Positions 54,224-63,909 of a stretch of DNA of 64,000 nt are shown here, one piece after another (positions within the stretch are counted from its first letter, which is position 1; every line of letters starts with the position of its first letter). The stretch is from an uncultured Armatimonadetes bacterium. Its GTDB lineage: Bacteria > Armatimonadota > UBA5829 > DTJY01. The notes beneath the pieces are model-generated. The model saw only the letters and a list, made by a program, of their open reading frames with translations. It was not told the DNA's origin and did no database searches. The stretch is from contig OY970325.1 of NCBI GenBank assembly GCA_963717145.1, positions 64,001-128,000 of the forward strand, given 5' to 3'. A program made the position numbers and the translations under genes.

Positions 54224-54975
54224 TTCGAGTACACCCATGTGTCGATGTGCCTTCCCTCTAAGCCCTTGCAGGCCAGTCCGATCTCGCCGGCGCTGCGTGA
54301 TTCCACGTAGAATACCGTCCTGGCGGCGCCCAGATCGGTCAGATAATGCGCGTCCGAACTCGAGATGATCGTAGTTCCTCGAAGGCTCGGAAACCTCACT
54401 ACGGCCTGCTCCGCGGTCGTGTTCTTCGAGACCTCCACCGCGGGGACCTCCAGGTCCGGAGGTATGAACCCCAGCACCGCGATCAGGCTCATCGAGGGCC
54501 GATCCACGTGAGCCGGGATCGCCAGCCCGCCGAGCGACCGCACCCTCTCGATCAGAGCTTCCAGACTGATGTCCGTCGGCGCGGAGCACAGATGCTCATT
54601 GAACCCCAGGAATTCGCCCCGGGCGTCGACCTTCATCTGTTCCTCGAAGCTCTCATGGCCGCGAGGCGTCTCCGGCAGCGCGGCGTACACCTCTTGCTGC
54701 AGAGTCAGAGCCGTATCCAGATTGTCAAAGATGCAAACGACGTGTATGCCTTCCCGCGTCTCGCATTCCATCCCCGGCAGCACCTTTACAGAACTGCCCC
54801 TGGACGCTTCCAGAACGGCCCATACGTTGTCCGCCGTGTTGTGATCGGTTATCGCGATCAGATCCAGACCCTTGCTCTCCGCCTCGCGGATGATCAAGTC
54901 CGGAAGCATCTCCACCGCCGCACACGCGGACAGCAGAGTGTGAACGTGCAGATCGGCTTCCACACGCCTGAGCAT
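54220..54975 (-). CDS. PHP-domain phosphoesterase
   Basis: DLHVHT, ITDHN, PAHVDR, SSDAH. Confidence 0.92.
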   Translation of the reverse strand: MLRRVEADLHVHTLLSACAAVEMLPDLIIREAESKGLDLIAITDHNTADNVWAVLEASRGSSVKVLPGMECETREGIHVVCIFDNLDTALTLQQEVYAALPETPRGHESFEEQMKVDARGEFLGFNEHLCSAPTDISLEALIERVRSLGGLAIPAHVDRPSMSLIAVLGFIPPDLEVPAVEVSKNTTAEQAVVRFPSLRGTTIISSSDAHYLTDLGAARTVFYVESRSAGEIGLACKGLEGRHIDTWVYSK

Positions 54976-54976
54976 C

Positions 54977-55312
54977 TTACCGGAGCCCCAGTTCATAGAG
55001 CTTGCCGGCGACCTCGAACGACTTCATTGGAGTGGTCAGGATGACGACTCCCTCTTCCTCGGCCTTCGCGAGGGTCTTCTCCTCGGGCTGCGCGCCACCG
55101 GTGATCACGATGGCCGAGAGCCCGAGCAGCGTGCTCACCGCCACAATGTTCAGATGGGTCTGTATCGTGATCCAGATGTTGCCGACCTTCGCGTTGCCTA
55201 TCACGTCGCTGAGCATGTCGGACGCATAGCCTCCGGTCACTTCGACTCCATCCGGAGAGCCGCCCGTCCTCTGTGTCATGTCAAGTTTGCCGATCGCTGT
55301 TGACAGCATCAT
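54977..55312 (-). CDS. DRTGG-domain protein
   Basis: GGYASDMLSDV, WITIQTHLNIVAV. Confidence 0.88.
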   Translation of the reverse strand: MMLSTAIGKLDMTQRTGGSPDGVEVTGGYASDMLSDVIGNAKVGNIWITIQTHLNIVAVSTLLGLSAIVITGGAQPEEKTLAKAEEEGVVILTTPMKSFEVAGKLYELGLR

Positions 55313-55317
55313 GGCGC

Positions 55318-56739
55318 TTACTCCCCGGATGCGGAATCGCCGGCGGGCGTCCCGACTGCGTCCTGCAGTTCCTTCACTTTTTGCTGAGTGCCCATCGCGG
55401 GCGGGACCTTTTCGGCGAGCATCATAAGCTCTTCCGCCAGGACGTGGACCCTTTCTCGCAGGATGAACACGCAGTCCGTGTCGACCGCCAGCCCGCGCAC
55501 GATATCCTCGGCCAGCGCCCGACAGTTCGGAGCCCCGCACGATCCGCAGTCGAGGCTCGGCAGGGATTCCACGATCTCCTCGAGCCTCTCCATCTTCTGG
55601 ATCGCGGCCCTCATGTCATCGTCGAGGCTGAGCGTCGGTCTCGGCTCGATCTGCTTGTCAAAGTCCAGCAATCGCCGATCCGTCTGCTGCAACAGGTCCG
55701 CCTGGTGCACCGCGATCTCTTCCTCGGTCGGGTTGACTCCACCGTCCGAGGCGATGTCCCTGATTCGGCGTCTGGAGATGAACGGGTTCTCGACGGCGAG
55801 TACGCCTCCGACACATCCGCCGACGCAGGCCTGCAACTCGATGTAGTCCATGTCGAGCAACTTGCCGCGGTCGATCTCCTCCATGATCTGTATCACATTG
55901 TGTATGCCGTCCACCGATATATGTCTCTGAGCGCCGATGGACAGCACCTCGCCGCCGCTTCGTGCCCAGCCGACTCCGACTCCGGATGCCTGGCGGAGCA
56001 CTCTCTTCACTTCGTCTTCGGTGGCGCTGTATACGAAGCTGTGCAGCCTGCCGAAGACGTCTTTGATCGGGATCGCCCCGTCGATGCACTTGTCTCTGTA
56101 ACCTACCGGATCGGCGATCGCGCTCACCTTGCCCGGGCACGGGGAGATGAAGAACAGACCGATCTCCTCCGGCTTGAGCCCAAGCTCGGCGCATTTCTGT
56201 GCGCGTGCCATTCTCGCCGCCACCCGCATCGGCGATGCAACCGGAATGATGTTCCCAATCATCCCGGGGAAGCGGACCTGGATCAGTCTTACAATCGCAG
56301 GACAGGCCGACGACAGTAGCGGCTTCAGACGGTCCGGATCCCTCAACATCTCACGTATCCGGGCCGATACGACCTCCGCGGCATAGGCCACTTCGAACAC
56401 GTCGTCGAATCCCAGGCTGATCAGTCCGGCGATGATCGTGTCCGGCTGTATCCCGCCCTGGAACTGTCCGTAGAGAGCCGGCGCGGGAAGCGCGATCCTG
56501 TACTTGAAATCCTCCAATCGGTCGAGCGTGTCCGCCACCGCCGTCTTCGCCTGGTTCGGGCAATTGCGGATGCACTCGCCGCAATCGACGCACTTCAGTT
56601 CGATGATCTGCGCCTTGCCTTCCCGGACGCGGATCGCCTCCGTCGGGCAGTGCTTGATGCAGTTCACGCAGCCCTTGCATTTCTCTTCGATCAGCCGAAC
56701 CGAGTGGAAATAATGTTTGCCGTCCGCTTGTTCACTCAT
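55318..56739 (-). CDS. putative sensory [FeFe]-hydrogenase-like protein (group C/D-like, no PAS)
   Basis: N-terminal 2x[4Fe-4S], SSACPA, SPCPGK, ELQACVGGCVGG, C-terminal DCGSCGAPNC. Confidence 0.85.
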   Translation of the reverse strand: MSEQADGKHYFHSVRLIEEKCKGCVNCIKHCPTEAIRVREGKAQIIELKCVDCGECIRNCPNQAKTAVADTLDRLEDFKYRIALPAPALYGQFQGGIQPDTIIAGLISLGFDDVFEVAYAAEVVSARIREMLRDPDRLKPLLSSACPAIVRLIQVRFPGMIGNIIPVASPMRVAARMARAQKCAELGLKPEEIGLFFISPCPGKVSAIADPVGYRDKCIDGAIPIKDVFGRLHSFVYSATEDEVKRVLRQASGVGVGWARSGGEVLSIGAQRHISVDGIHNVIQIMEEIDRGKLLDMDYIELQACVGGCVGGVLAVENPFISRRRIRDIASDGGVNPTEEEIAVHQADLLQQTDRRLLDFDKQIEPRPTLSLDDDMRAAIQKMERLEEIVESLPSLDCGSCGAPNCRALAEDIVRGLAVDTDCVFILRERVHVLAEELMMLAEKVPPAMGTQQKVKELQDAVGTPAGDSASGE

Positions 56740-57203
56740 TCTTGAACACCATATCCAGTGTCGTTCCGACTCCCACCGTCGTCCGAATCTCCAGCGAATC
56801 GGTGCACTTCTTGATGTTTGGCAGACCCATCCCGGCGCCGAAACCCAACTCCCTGACCGCGTCGCTTGCCGTCGAGAAGCCCGGGCCGCATCGCCAGGCC
56901 GATGTCCGGGATGCCCGGGCCCTCATCCGTCACCAGTATCCTGATCCTGTCCGGATTGGCGGCGAGGGATATCTCTCCACCCGACGCATGGATCACCGCG
57001 TTCATCTCGGCTTCGTAAGTCGCCACAGACGCCCGACGGATCGTATCGGGCCCAACGCCGATCTGCTGCAGGATCCTCTTGATCCTCGTCGACACGCTCC
57101 CCGCGTTTGAGAAATCCCCTCCGTGGAGTCTGAACGTGTAGCGCAGTTCAGCGTTCTGAGGATCGTTTTCTACAAGAATCTGAGCGCCGTCGGAATCACT
57201 CAA
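56736..57203 (-). CDS. anti-sigma-factor-like Ser/Thr kinase (HATPase_c), frameshifted
   Basis: YEAEMNAVIHA, DEGPGIPD, GFGAGMGLPNIK. Confidence 0.88.
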   Translation of the reverse strand: MSDSDGAQILVENDPQNAELRYTFRLHGGDFSNAGSVSTRIKRILQQIGVGPDTIRRASVATYEAEMNAVIHASGGEISLAANPDRIRILVTDEGPGIPDIGLAMRPGLLDGKRRGQGVGFRRRDGSAKHQEVHRFAGDSDDGGSRNDTGYGVQE

Positions 57204-57591
57204 TGTGCATGCAACCCCTTAGCCCATTGGCGTATAGTAATCCGCAACTCTCATACAGCGGATACGGCGAAGAGAGCAGGGGAATCCCGATGTCCCTCGC
57301 CATGGAGATCGTCGCCTCATCAGGGCGTTTGTCTCGAACGAAAACTACGACCTTCAGGTCTAGAATCTCGGCCGTCCGTATTACCTGGCGGTTCGTGAGC
57401 CCCGTGAGCAATACTGCGCCCGGCTTCGTGAAGGCAAGCACATCACTCATCAGGTCGCATCCACAGCCGCTGTGAACCTCATCGCTCAACTTGTCTTCAC
57501 AGCAGAGCACCTCGGCTTTCAGGGTGGTTCTTATGGCCTCGATCCTCAGACCCGCGGGAGGCGTTTCGTCCATCAGTTCCCCAGATGTCAT
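57196..57591 (-). CDS. DRTGG-domain protein
   Basis: CDLMSDVLA, LLTGLTNRQVIRTAE. Confidence 0.88.
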   Translation of the reverse strand: MTSGELMDETPPAGLRIEAIRTTLKAEVLCCEDKLSDEVHSGCGCDLMSDVLAFTKPGAVLLTGLTNRQVIRTAEILDLKVVVFVRDKRPDEATISMARDIGIPLLSSPYPLYESCGLLYANGLRGCMHIE

Positions 57592-57626
57592 GAGCAGCGT
57601 TGAATCCTCCGCTTCGTTACGAGAAC

Positions 57627-57644
57627 TTGTGAAAATATTCACAA
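57627..57644. promoter_or_regulatory. Rex operator (TTGTGAAAATATTCACAA)
   Basis: Exact match to the Rex consensus TTGTGAANNNNTTCACAA, upstream of the hydrogenase operon. Confidence 0.85.
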
Positions 57645-57690
57645 ATACCCACAAAATAAATCGGGACACGCTCAAACGGCAGCCATCCCG

Positions 57691-57706
57691 ATGTAATCGG
57701 TTACAT
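57691..57706. promoter_or_regulatory. LacI/cre-like palindrome ATGTAATCGGTTACAT
   Basis: 6-4-6 inverted repeat with central CG. Confidence 0.55.
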
Positions 57707-57849
57707 GTGACGAATCCTCGTCCATGCGGCACAGCTTATTCTAACACAAATCCGCGCGCTCGCCAAGTGCCTGAGGAAGGTGATTCGCATCAAATGGGCA
57801 AAAACCGGTATATTTGCCGGGTTTCTTGTGCATTATTTTGAACAAATGT

Positions 57850-57908
57850 TTGACAAAACCCAGGACTTGTGGGATAATAACACTAGATGAGACTGAGACT
57901 ATATCTCA
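57850..57908 (+). promoter_or_regulatory. sigma70 promoter (TTGACA-17-GATAAT) followed by a Fur-box-like TGAGACT-A-TATCTCA
   Basis: -35 at 57850-57855, -10 at 57873-57878, 7-1-7 element at 57894-57908. Confidence 0.75.
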
Positions 57909-57930
57909 ACAAGCTCGAAAGGACGCGCCG

Positions 57931-58377
57931 ATGGGCAAGGGTGAGGAACTGACATTCAGAGAATATCTGGCCAAGGCGGGACTCCGGTTCACTGCCGAGC
58001 GCAGGATGATATTGGAAGAGGTTTTCCGCCGGCACGATCATTTCGAGGCTGAGGACATCGTCCTTGGCCTGAGGAGACCGGGTACGCGTGTCTCGCGCGC
58101 GAGCGTCTATCGGGCACTTCCGCTTCTGATGGAGAGCGGGTTGCTGCGTCCGGTGTACTCCGAGGAGAAGCACGGACACTTCGAGCACGTGTTCGGCCAC
58201 GAGCATCACGACCATATGATCTGCACGCGATGTCATGGAGCAGTCGAGTTCAAGGACGACGGTATCGAAGAGACTCAGGTTCGGGTGTGTGCCGAGCACG
58301 GTTTCACGCCCACTCACCATCGATTGGAGATCGTCGGCATCTGCGCGGACTGCAGGCGTTCGGAGGAGAAGAAATAA
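57931..58377 (+). CDS. fur: Fur-family transcriptional regulator
   Basis: SRASVYRAL, HHDHMICTRC, GICADC. Confidence 0.92.
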   Translation: MGKGEELTFREYLAKAGLRFTAERRMILEEVFRRHDHFEAEDIVLGLRRPGTRVSRASVYRALPLLMESGLLRPVYSEEKHGHFEHVFGHEHHDHMICTRCHGAVEFKDDGIEETQVRVCAEHGFTPTHHRLEIVGICADCRRSEEKK

Positions 58378-58588
58378 TGACGCTGGATCAGGCAAAGAAG
58401 GGCTCCGGGTCCGCATCCTCACGATCCATGATCTGGAGCATCGGACGCATCTTGTGAGGCTCGGAATCTCCGAGGGAACCATGGTGACGTGCCAGGAGAA
58501 GCTCCCCATGGGCCCCGTAGTACTGCGATGCAACCGTCAGGAGATCGCAGTCGGTCGGCAACTGGCGCGCGGCATAACGGTCAAGTAG
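58377..58588 (+). CDS. feoA: FeoA protein, frameshifted
   Basis: LVRLGISEG..V.....GPV.......IAVGRQLARGITV. Confidence 0.85.
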
Positions 58589-58607
58589 TACGGTCATTTC
58601 GGTGATC

Positions 58608-58676
58608 TTGTCATTCTGAGTGAAGCGAAGAATCTCATGTCATGCGCGAGATTCTTCGCTGCGCTCAGAATGACAA
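58608..58676. repeat. palindromic repeat TGTCATTCTGAG..GCGAAGAATCT / AGATTCTTCGCT..CTCAGAATGACA
   Basis: Imperfect inverted repeat of about 29 bp between feoA and feoB. Confidence 0.88.
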
Positions 58677-58698
58677 CCTTGATTGAGACTGAGGTATT

Positions 58699-60568
58699 TT
58701 GCAGCAACAAGCAGGTCAGCACAGACATCGCCATCAGCACCGGCATCGGGACGTCCTCGATGCGCCCGTGAGAAAGATCGTCCTCGCAGGCAATCCGAAC
58801 GTGGGCAAGTCGGTCTTTTTCGGCTACCTCACCGGCATCTATGCCGACGTATCGAACTACCCCGGCACGACCATTGAGGTCACGAGCGGCCACTCCGGGA
58901 CCGACCTCATTATGGACACTCCCGGCGTCTACGGGATATCCTCTTTCAACGACGAAGAACGGGTGGCCCGTGACATCATCCTTGACGCCGATGTCGTCAT
59001 CAACATCGTGGATGCCGTCCACATGGAGCGCGATCTTTTTGTTACACTCCAGCTCGCGGACATGGGCGTACCGATGGTTGTCGCCCTCAACTTCATGGAT
59101 GAGGCGAAGCACGAGGGGTCTGGAGATCGACATCGACCTGCTCTCCGACCTTCTGGGCGCGCCGGTCATCCCCACTGTGGCTACCAAGCACATCGGTCTC
59201 CGCGAACTCCGATCTGCGATAGACAGCGCTCGTCCGGGACATCCCGATCCCGAGATCGCGCGGCGACTGACCGAGGAACTTCGAGTGGTCGGCTCCCCGC
59301 GTGAGGCCCTGCTCGTCCTCGAGGGTGACGAGGTGGTCTCCGAGCGGCATGGTGTCGAGCCGGGGACACATCGCGAGGAGTTCTATGTGCGTCGCAGGGA
59401 GCGGGTAAACGACATCGTGGGCCACGTCCAACGGGAGATCAGCGTCGGGCGACGGTTATCGTCACGGCTTGGCGCACTGATGATCAACCCGTGGGCCGGC
59501 CTGCCGATCCTCGTCGGCATCCTGTTCATGATGTATCAGCTCGTTGCCGTGCTTATCGCCCAGACGGTGGTCGGGTTTACTGAAGGCACGGTGATGAACG
59601 GCTACTGGGAGCCGGCTGCGCGCGCTTTTGTGCACAGGTTTGCGCCCGAGAGTTCGGCCGTCGCGATACTGCTGGTCGGGCAGTTCGGCATGGTCACAAT
59701 GACCGTGACATATCTCATCGGCCTGCTTCTGCCCTTGGTTGCCGCGTTCTATCTTGCACTCTCTGTCCTGGAAGACAGCGGATATCTGCCACGATTGGCG
59801 GCACTGGCCGATCGGATGCTTAACAGCATCGGCCTGAACGGGCGGGCGGTCGTCCCGATCATCCTCGGGTTCGGCTGCATTACGATGGCAACCATCACCA
59901 CCCGGCTGCTGGCGACTCAACGGGAGAAGACGATCGCGACATCGATCCTCAACTTCGCAATCCCATGCTCGGCTCAACTCGGAGTAATCGTCTTGCTGCT
60001 CGGGAGGGTCGGGCCGATGTACAGCCTCGCGTATGTCTTGATCCTGGGCGCATGTCTCGTTGCGGTCGGAACGGTCCTTCACAGGATGCTCCCCGGCGAG
60101 TCGTCGCCACTTCTCATCGACCTACCTCCCATGCGGCTGCCCAGTCTGCAGAACATCCTGCGCAAGACAGGCAGCCGGACGATGGCATTCATGAGGGAGG
60201 CCGCGCCGTGGTTCCTGGTCGGGTCAGCGGTTGTAGCTCTGATGCAGATCAGCGGCTTGCTGGCGGCGTGGGAAAGAGCGTTCGCGCCGCTTACGACCGG
60301 ATGGCTGCGACTGCCTCCTGACGCGGCTCGCGCGTTTGTGATGGGGATGGTCCGCCGTGACTTCGGCGCTGCAGGGTTCGCCACGATGGCGCTTTCGCCC
60401 CCGCAGACCCTTGTGGCGATGGTGACCATGACGCTCTTTGTGCCGTGCATAGCTTCCATCGTCATCCTGTTCAAGGAACGCGGAGGTCGTCAGGCCGTGG
60501 CGATCTGGCTTGGTACGTGGGTCACAGCTTTCGTGGTAGGAGGGCTGGTCGCAAGGGTAGTGCTATGA
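58699..60568 (+). CDS. feoB: ferrous iron transporter FeoB, frameshift near 59115
   Basis: GNPNVGKS, NYPGTT, DTPG, NFMD, LEDSGYLPR, GFGC, FVPCIA. Confidence 0.93.
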
Positions 60569-60744
60569 ACAAGGCCGGCGAGATAGTCTGTGAAACGTGC
60601 GGGGCCAGATATGACCGGCTGCCCGCGTTCCGATGTCCGAGGTGCGGGGCATCACTCTGCGCAACCGGCTGCGAGGGATGCACTGCCAAGTGCGGTGTCA
60701 GGAAGCCGGTGGTTCATCGGACCTATCCTCATCGCCAACCGTAG
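60565..60744 (+). CDS. small Cys-rich protein coupled to feoB
   Basis: ATGA overlap with the feoB stop; CETC..CPRC..C..GCEGC..KC. Confidence 0.7.
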   Translation: MNKAGEIVCETCGARYDRLPAFRCPRCGASLCATGCEGCTAKCGVRKPVVHRTYPHRQP

Positions 60745-60910
60745 TGGCCGTGCCTCTGTGCCGGCCCAGCGAGGTAACTGGCCGGCACAGAGGCACGGCC
60801 ACTACGGTCGGCGATGATGGCTTAGGCGACCCTGAGGTGGCCCAGACAGGAGAAAGCGGAAGGATGTGCTCCCTCCGCTTTTCCGTAAGACATTCTGGCT
60901 GAAACGCTGC

Positions 60911-61096
60911 TTAACGAGCGCTGCGCCGTCCGCCGCCGTGACTCAACTGGCCACCTTTGCGTCCGGCCTCTCGCGCCTCGTCGCTGCTCCACTCGTGCGC
61001 GGTGCCCTTAGCGTGTGCCGCTCTGCCACCCTTGCTGGCGATGTCCTTCTGCTTTGACTCATCCATGGATGCAAAGCCACGCCTCACTCTTGCCAT
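60911..61096 (-). CDS. KGG-repeat (GsiB/YciG-like) stress protein
   Basis: RGFASMD...IASKGG...EAREAGRKGG; SD AGGAGG. Confidence 0.92.
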   Translation of the reverse strand: MARVRRGFASMDESKQKDIASKGGRAAHAKGTAHEWSSDEAREAGRKGGQLSHGGGRRSAR

Positions 61097-61449
61097 AGGT
61101 ATAACCTCCTCCTTGCACTGTCAGGTCGCATGAATTGTCCCATAGGGTCATACCCTCTGTGGCAGAGCTTCAAACCTGCTGAGGCTGTTTGCGAGGCATT
61201 TCGGAGAGGAGAAGCCGCCGTCCGGACAAGCGCAAAAACCGCCCCGAAGCCATCGGGACGGCAGCGCGTGATTATCGGCGGGCATGACAGGCGCATGCGG
61301 ACTGCGCTCATCCGGCGCGGAGGAGGATGCACGTTCCTGTCACGCCCGCCATCTTCGGGGAGGATCGCAGGCAGATCCCTTCGTACTTGAGTTGTTCCAC
61401 GCCCTGCCACCCTACGTGCCTGACTGCAATACCTGATTGTTCGCCTACA

Positions 61450-62460
61450 TCAGTACCTGCCGAATTCCTGCCAGGCTTCGAACATCGCCCGGACATTCTC
61501 GAGCGGTACATCCGGCGCAATCTCCCCATGGCCGATCAAGCCTCCGTTGTAGCTCCCCAGTGCCTCGTACACCTCTCTGACGTGCGCTCGGATCTCGTCC
61601 CGAGTCCCGTGCGGGAGGATATGCTGGCGGTCGAGGTCCGACCGGAACGCTACCTTGCCGCCGAACCGCTCTGCGATCCGGCCGATGTCCATGATGGTGT
61701 GCTGGATGTTCAGCACGTTCACGCCGACTTCGACCAGGTCGGGCATGATCTCCCACGTGAAGCCGTCACTGTGGAAGTGGACATCCTTCCCGGCCGCTCT
61801 GCATGGCTCGAACATGCGAGCGTAGGCCGGCTTGAAGAACTTGCGCCACGTCGCCGGGCTCGTGATGAGACTCACCTGAGTACCCCAGTCGTCGCCGAAG
61901 TGGATACCGTCCGCGTCGGTATTCACCGCCCGGTGGATGTACTCCAGAGCATACTCAACCAATCTGTCTCGAAGCAGATATGCCTCCTCCGCATCGAGCG
62001 CCAGATCGTACATCAAGTTCTCGTACCCGCGAAGCCACTGCATCCGCTCGAAGAGGTTCATCCCTCCGAGGAACGTGTAGTTCTCATGGCCGGAATCCTC
62101 CAGTCCCGTCTGGAAGTTGACGAACCACTCATCGTCCGGGTTCGGAGGGGGAGCATAGTTCGCGAAGTTGTCCCAGTCCGCAAGCGGGTGGCCGACCGGG
62201 ATGCCGAGCATGCCGTCGTAGTCGTTCTTCCATGTGATTCCCCAGCCGTCGGTATGTGTCCCGGCCTGATATGCGGGATCGAGATGCTCGATGATCGGCA
62301 TCGCGTAAGACTGCCCAACGTCGCTCCCATACTCGTTCAGCAGGTCGATCAGCGGCTGTCCGTGCTTCAGGATTGCCGCCGGGAGGACTCCGTGGAAGAG
62401 CGGCACACGGTCCGGCCCTGTGAAGTCAATCGCTCGTCGTACTCGTTCTCGGCTTGTCAT
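61450..62460 (-). CDS. uroporphyrinogen decarboxylase/MtaA-like family protein
   Basis: MTSRERV, FGDDWGTQ, FHSDG, LDRQHILPHGT. Confidence 0.88.
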   Translation of the reverse strand: MTSRERVRRAIDFTGPDRVPLFHGVLPAAILKHGQPLIDLLNEYGSDVGQSYAMPIIEHLDPAYQAGTHTDGWGITWKNDYDGMLGIPVGHPLADWDNFANYAPPPNPDDEWFVNFQTGLEDSGHENYTFLGGMNLFERMQWLRGYENLMYDLALDAEEAYLLRDRLVEYALEYIHRAVNTDADGIHFGDDWGTQVSLITSPATWRKFFKPAYARMFEPCRAAGKDVHFHSDGFTWEIMPDLVEVGVNVLNIQHTIMDIGRIAERFGGKVAFRSDLDRQHILPHGTRDEIRAHVREVYEALGSYNGGLIGHGEIAPDVPLENVRAMFEAWQEFGRY

Positions 62461-62653
62461 ATCTGCTCCTATGGAACTGCGCCCATCCGCGATCAGTCCA
62501 ACAAAGTGAGGGAGTGGGCGTAACCTTCAGGCTCATTCGCGCGTTTTACCATTAGCCTGTTCTGCAGGCGAATCCTCTGATGCCGCCCGGTTGTTGGGTC
62601 AGGATTTCAAATCCTGACCCAACAACCGGGCGACGAATGATAAGGAATCCGAC

Positions 62654-63247
62654 ATGCGCAAACAGAGTGGAATGACTTTCCTCGAGATACTCCTTCTCCT
62701 GGCTCTGCTCACGTGTATGCTGCTGCTCCTCTTCCCGACGGTGGTTTCGATGCGGGCCAAGGGACGGAAAACCCAGTGCATGTCGAACCTCCGCCAGATC
62801 GGCATGGCCCTCGAACTCTACTCTCACTCCTACGAGGGGCGACTTCCACCGTGGCTCAACCGGCGGCGTGATGCATTCGGGCACACCACGAAATGGGATA
62901 ACCCGGAACTGCTCTACCAGGCGATCCGCAGGGGCATCGCGGACAGCGGGGTAGCCTACTGCCCGAACGATCAGATCGCGGGCAAGGATGAGGAGCGCTT
63001 CGGCATCGACCACCGGTACTTCAGCTATTATTTCGGCACGCGGCCTGAGCAGAAGGGCGCGCACGTGACCCTGGAGGGCCTCACGATTAATGGGAGGGTC
63101 GCCCTCGGGTCGGCGGAATACGTTATGGTCCGAGACGCCAACATGGCATTCGTGAAGAAGCTGCCTGGGAAACCGCCCAGGGGATGCGAGCATCTCGGCG
63201 GTGTCAATGCGGTCTACCTCGACGGCCACGCGAAGTGGATCCGATAG
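62654..63247 (+). CDS. prepilin-type N-terminal cleavage / H-X9-DG (DUF1559-like) protein
   Basis: GMTFLE, CMSNLRQIGMA, HLGGVNAVYLDGHAKW. Confidence 0.9.
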   Translation: MRKQSGMTFLEILLLLALLTCMLLLLFPTVVSMRAKGRKTQCMSNLRQIGMALELYSHSYEGRLPPWLNRRRDAFGHTTKWDNPELLYQAIRRGIADSGVAYCPNDQIAGKDEERFGIDHRYFSYYFGTRPEQKGAHVTLEGLTINGRVALGSAEYVMVRDANMAFVKKLPGKPPRGCEHLGGVNAVYLDGHAKWIR

Positions 63248-63255
63248 GGGGATTG

Positions 63256-63342
63256 TTGATGGTTCATGGTTGATGGTTGATGGGGGAGCAGACCTCCATT
63301 TCCCATCTGCCATTAACCATGAGCCATGAACCATTAACCATT
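63256..63342. repeat. inverted heptamer arrays (TGATGGT)n ... (ACCATNA)n between convergent genes
   Basis: Directly visible; the same heptamer recurs at about 63988-64000. Confidence 0.75.
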
Positions 63343-63909
63343 CGGCACAACGATCTCGTCCATCGTTCGCTTGGGCACGTGGTGCACGCCTGCTGAGTCG
63401 CGGTAGTACTTGATGTTGCCATCGGGGCCGACATCCTCCAGCACGACCTTCTCCTTCGGGTAGCCGAGCGCCAGGATGAGCACAATCTCGTATCGCGCGG
63501 GGATATCGAGCACCTGACGCAGTGTATCCCGATCGATCGAGCCGATCATGCACCCTCCGAGGCCCTTTTCAGCCGCACCGAGCATGATGCTCTGAGCCGC
63601 GATCCCGTGGTCGCATCCGAATCCCTTGCTGATCTCCGTGTCGCCGAGAACGACGATGTACGCCGCCGGTCGCTCGCCTTCCTCAGGTCCCGGCCAGTCC
63701 TTCAGGTAGCCCGCCCACAGCGTGGTTGGGAAGACTTTGGCGTTTACATCGGGGTCGCTGCAGATGATGTACTTCAGGGGCTGAAGGTTGGCCGCGGAGG
63801 GTGACAATCTGCCCAGGTCCACGAGGTCCCTGAGCAAGCCGGCCTCGATGCGCTTGTCCTGGTGGAAGCGCCGGTAGCTTCGATTGGCCTTGACAATGTC
63901 TTCGATCAT
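63334..63909 (-). CDS. nitroreductase family protein
   Basis: NRSYRRF, SPSAANLQP, DHGIAAQSIML, LALGYP, PKR. Confidence 0.92.
   Translation of the reverse strand: MIEDIVKANRSYRRFHQDKRIEAGLLRDLVDLGRLSPSAANLQPLKYIICSDPDVNAKVFPTTLWAGYLKDWPGPEEGERPAAYIVVLGDTEISKGFGCDHGIAAQSIMLGAAEKGLGGCMIGSIDRDTLRQVLDIPARYEIVLILALGYPKEKVVLEDVGPDGNIKYYRDSAGVHHVPKRTMDEIVVPNG

Noticed and set aside
4173-59200. Numerous frameshifts as programmed frameshifting or mass pseudogenisation
   Set aside because: Scattered single-base indels in otherwise conserved genes with almost no in-frame stops, clustered regionally (for example 47.5-50.4 kb). This is typical of low-coverage long-read error; reads are needed to confirm.
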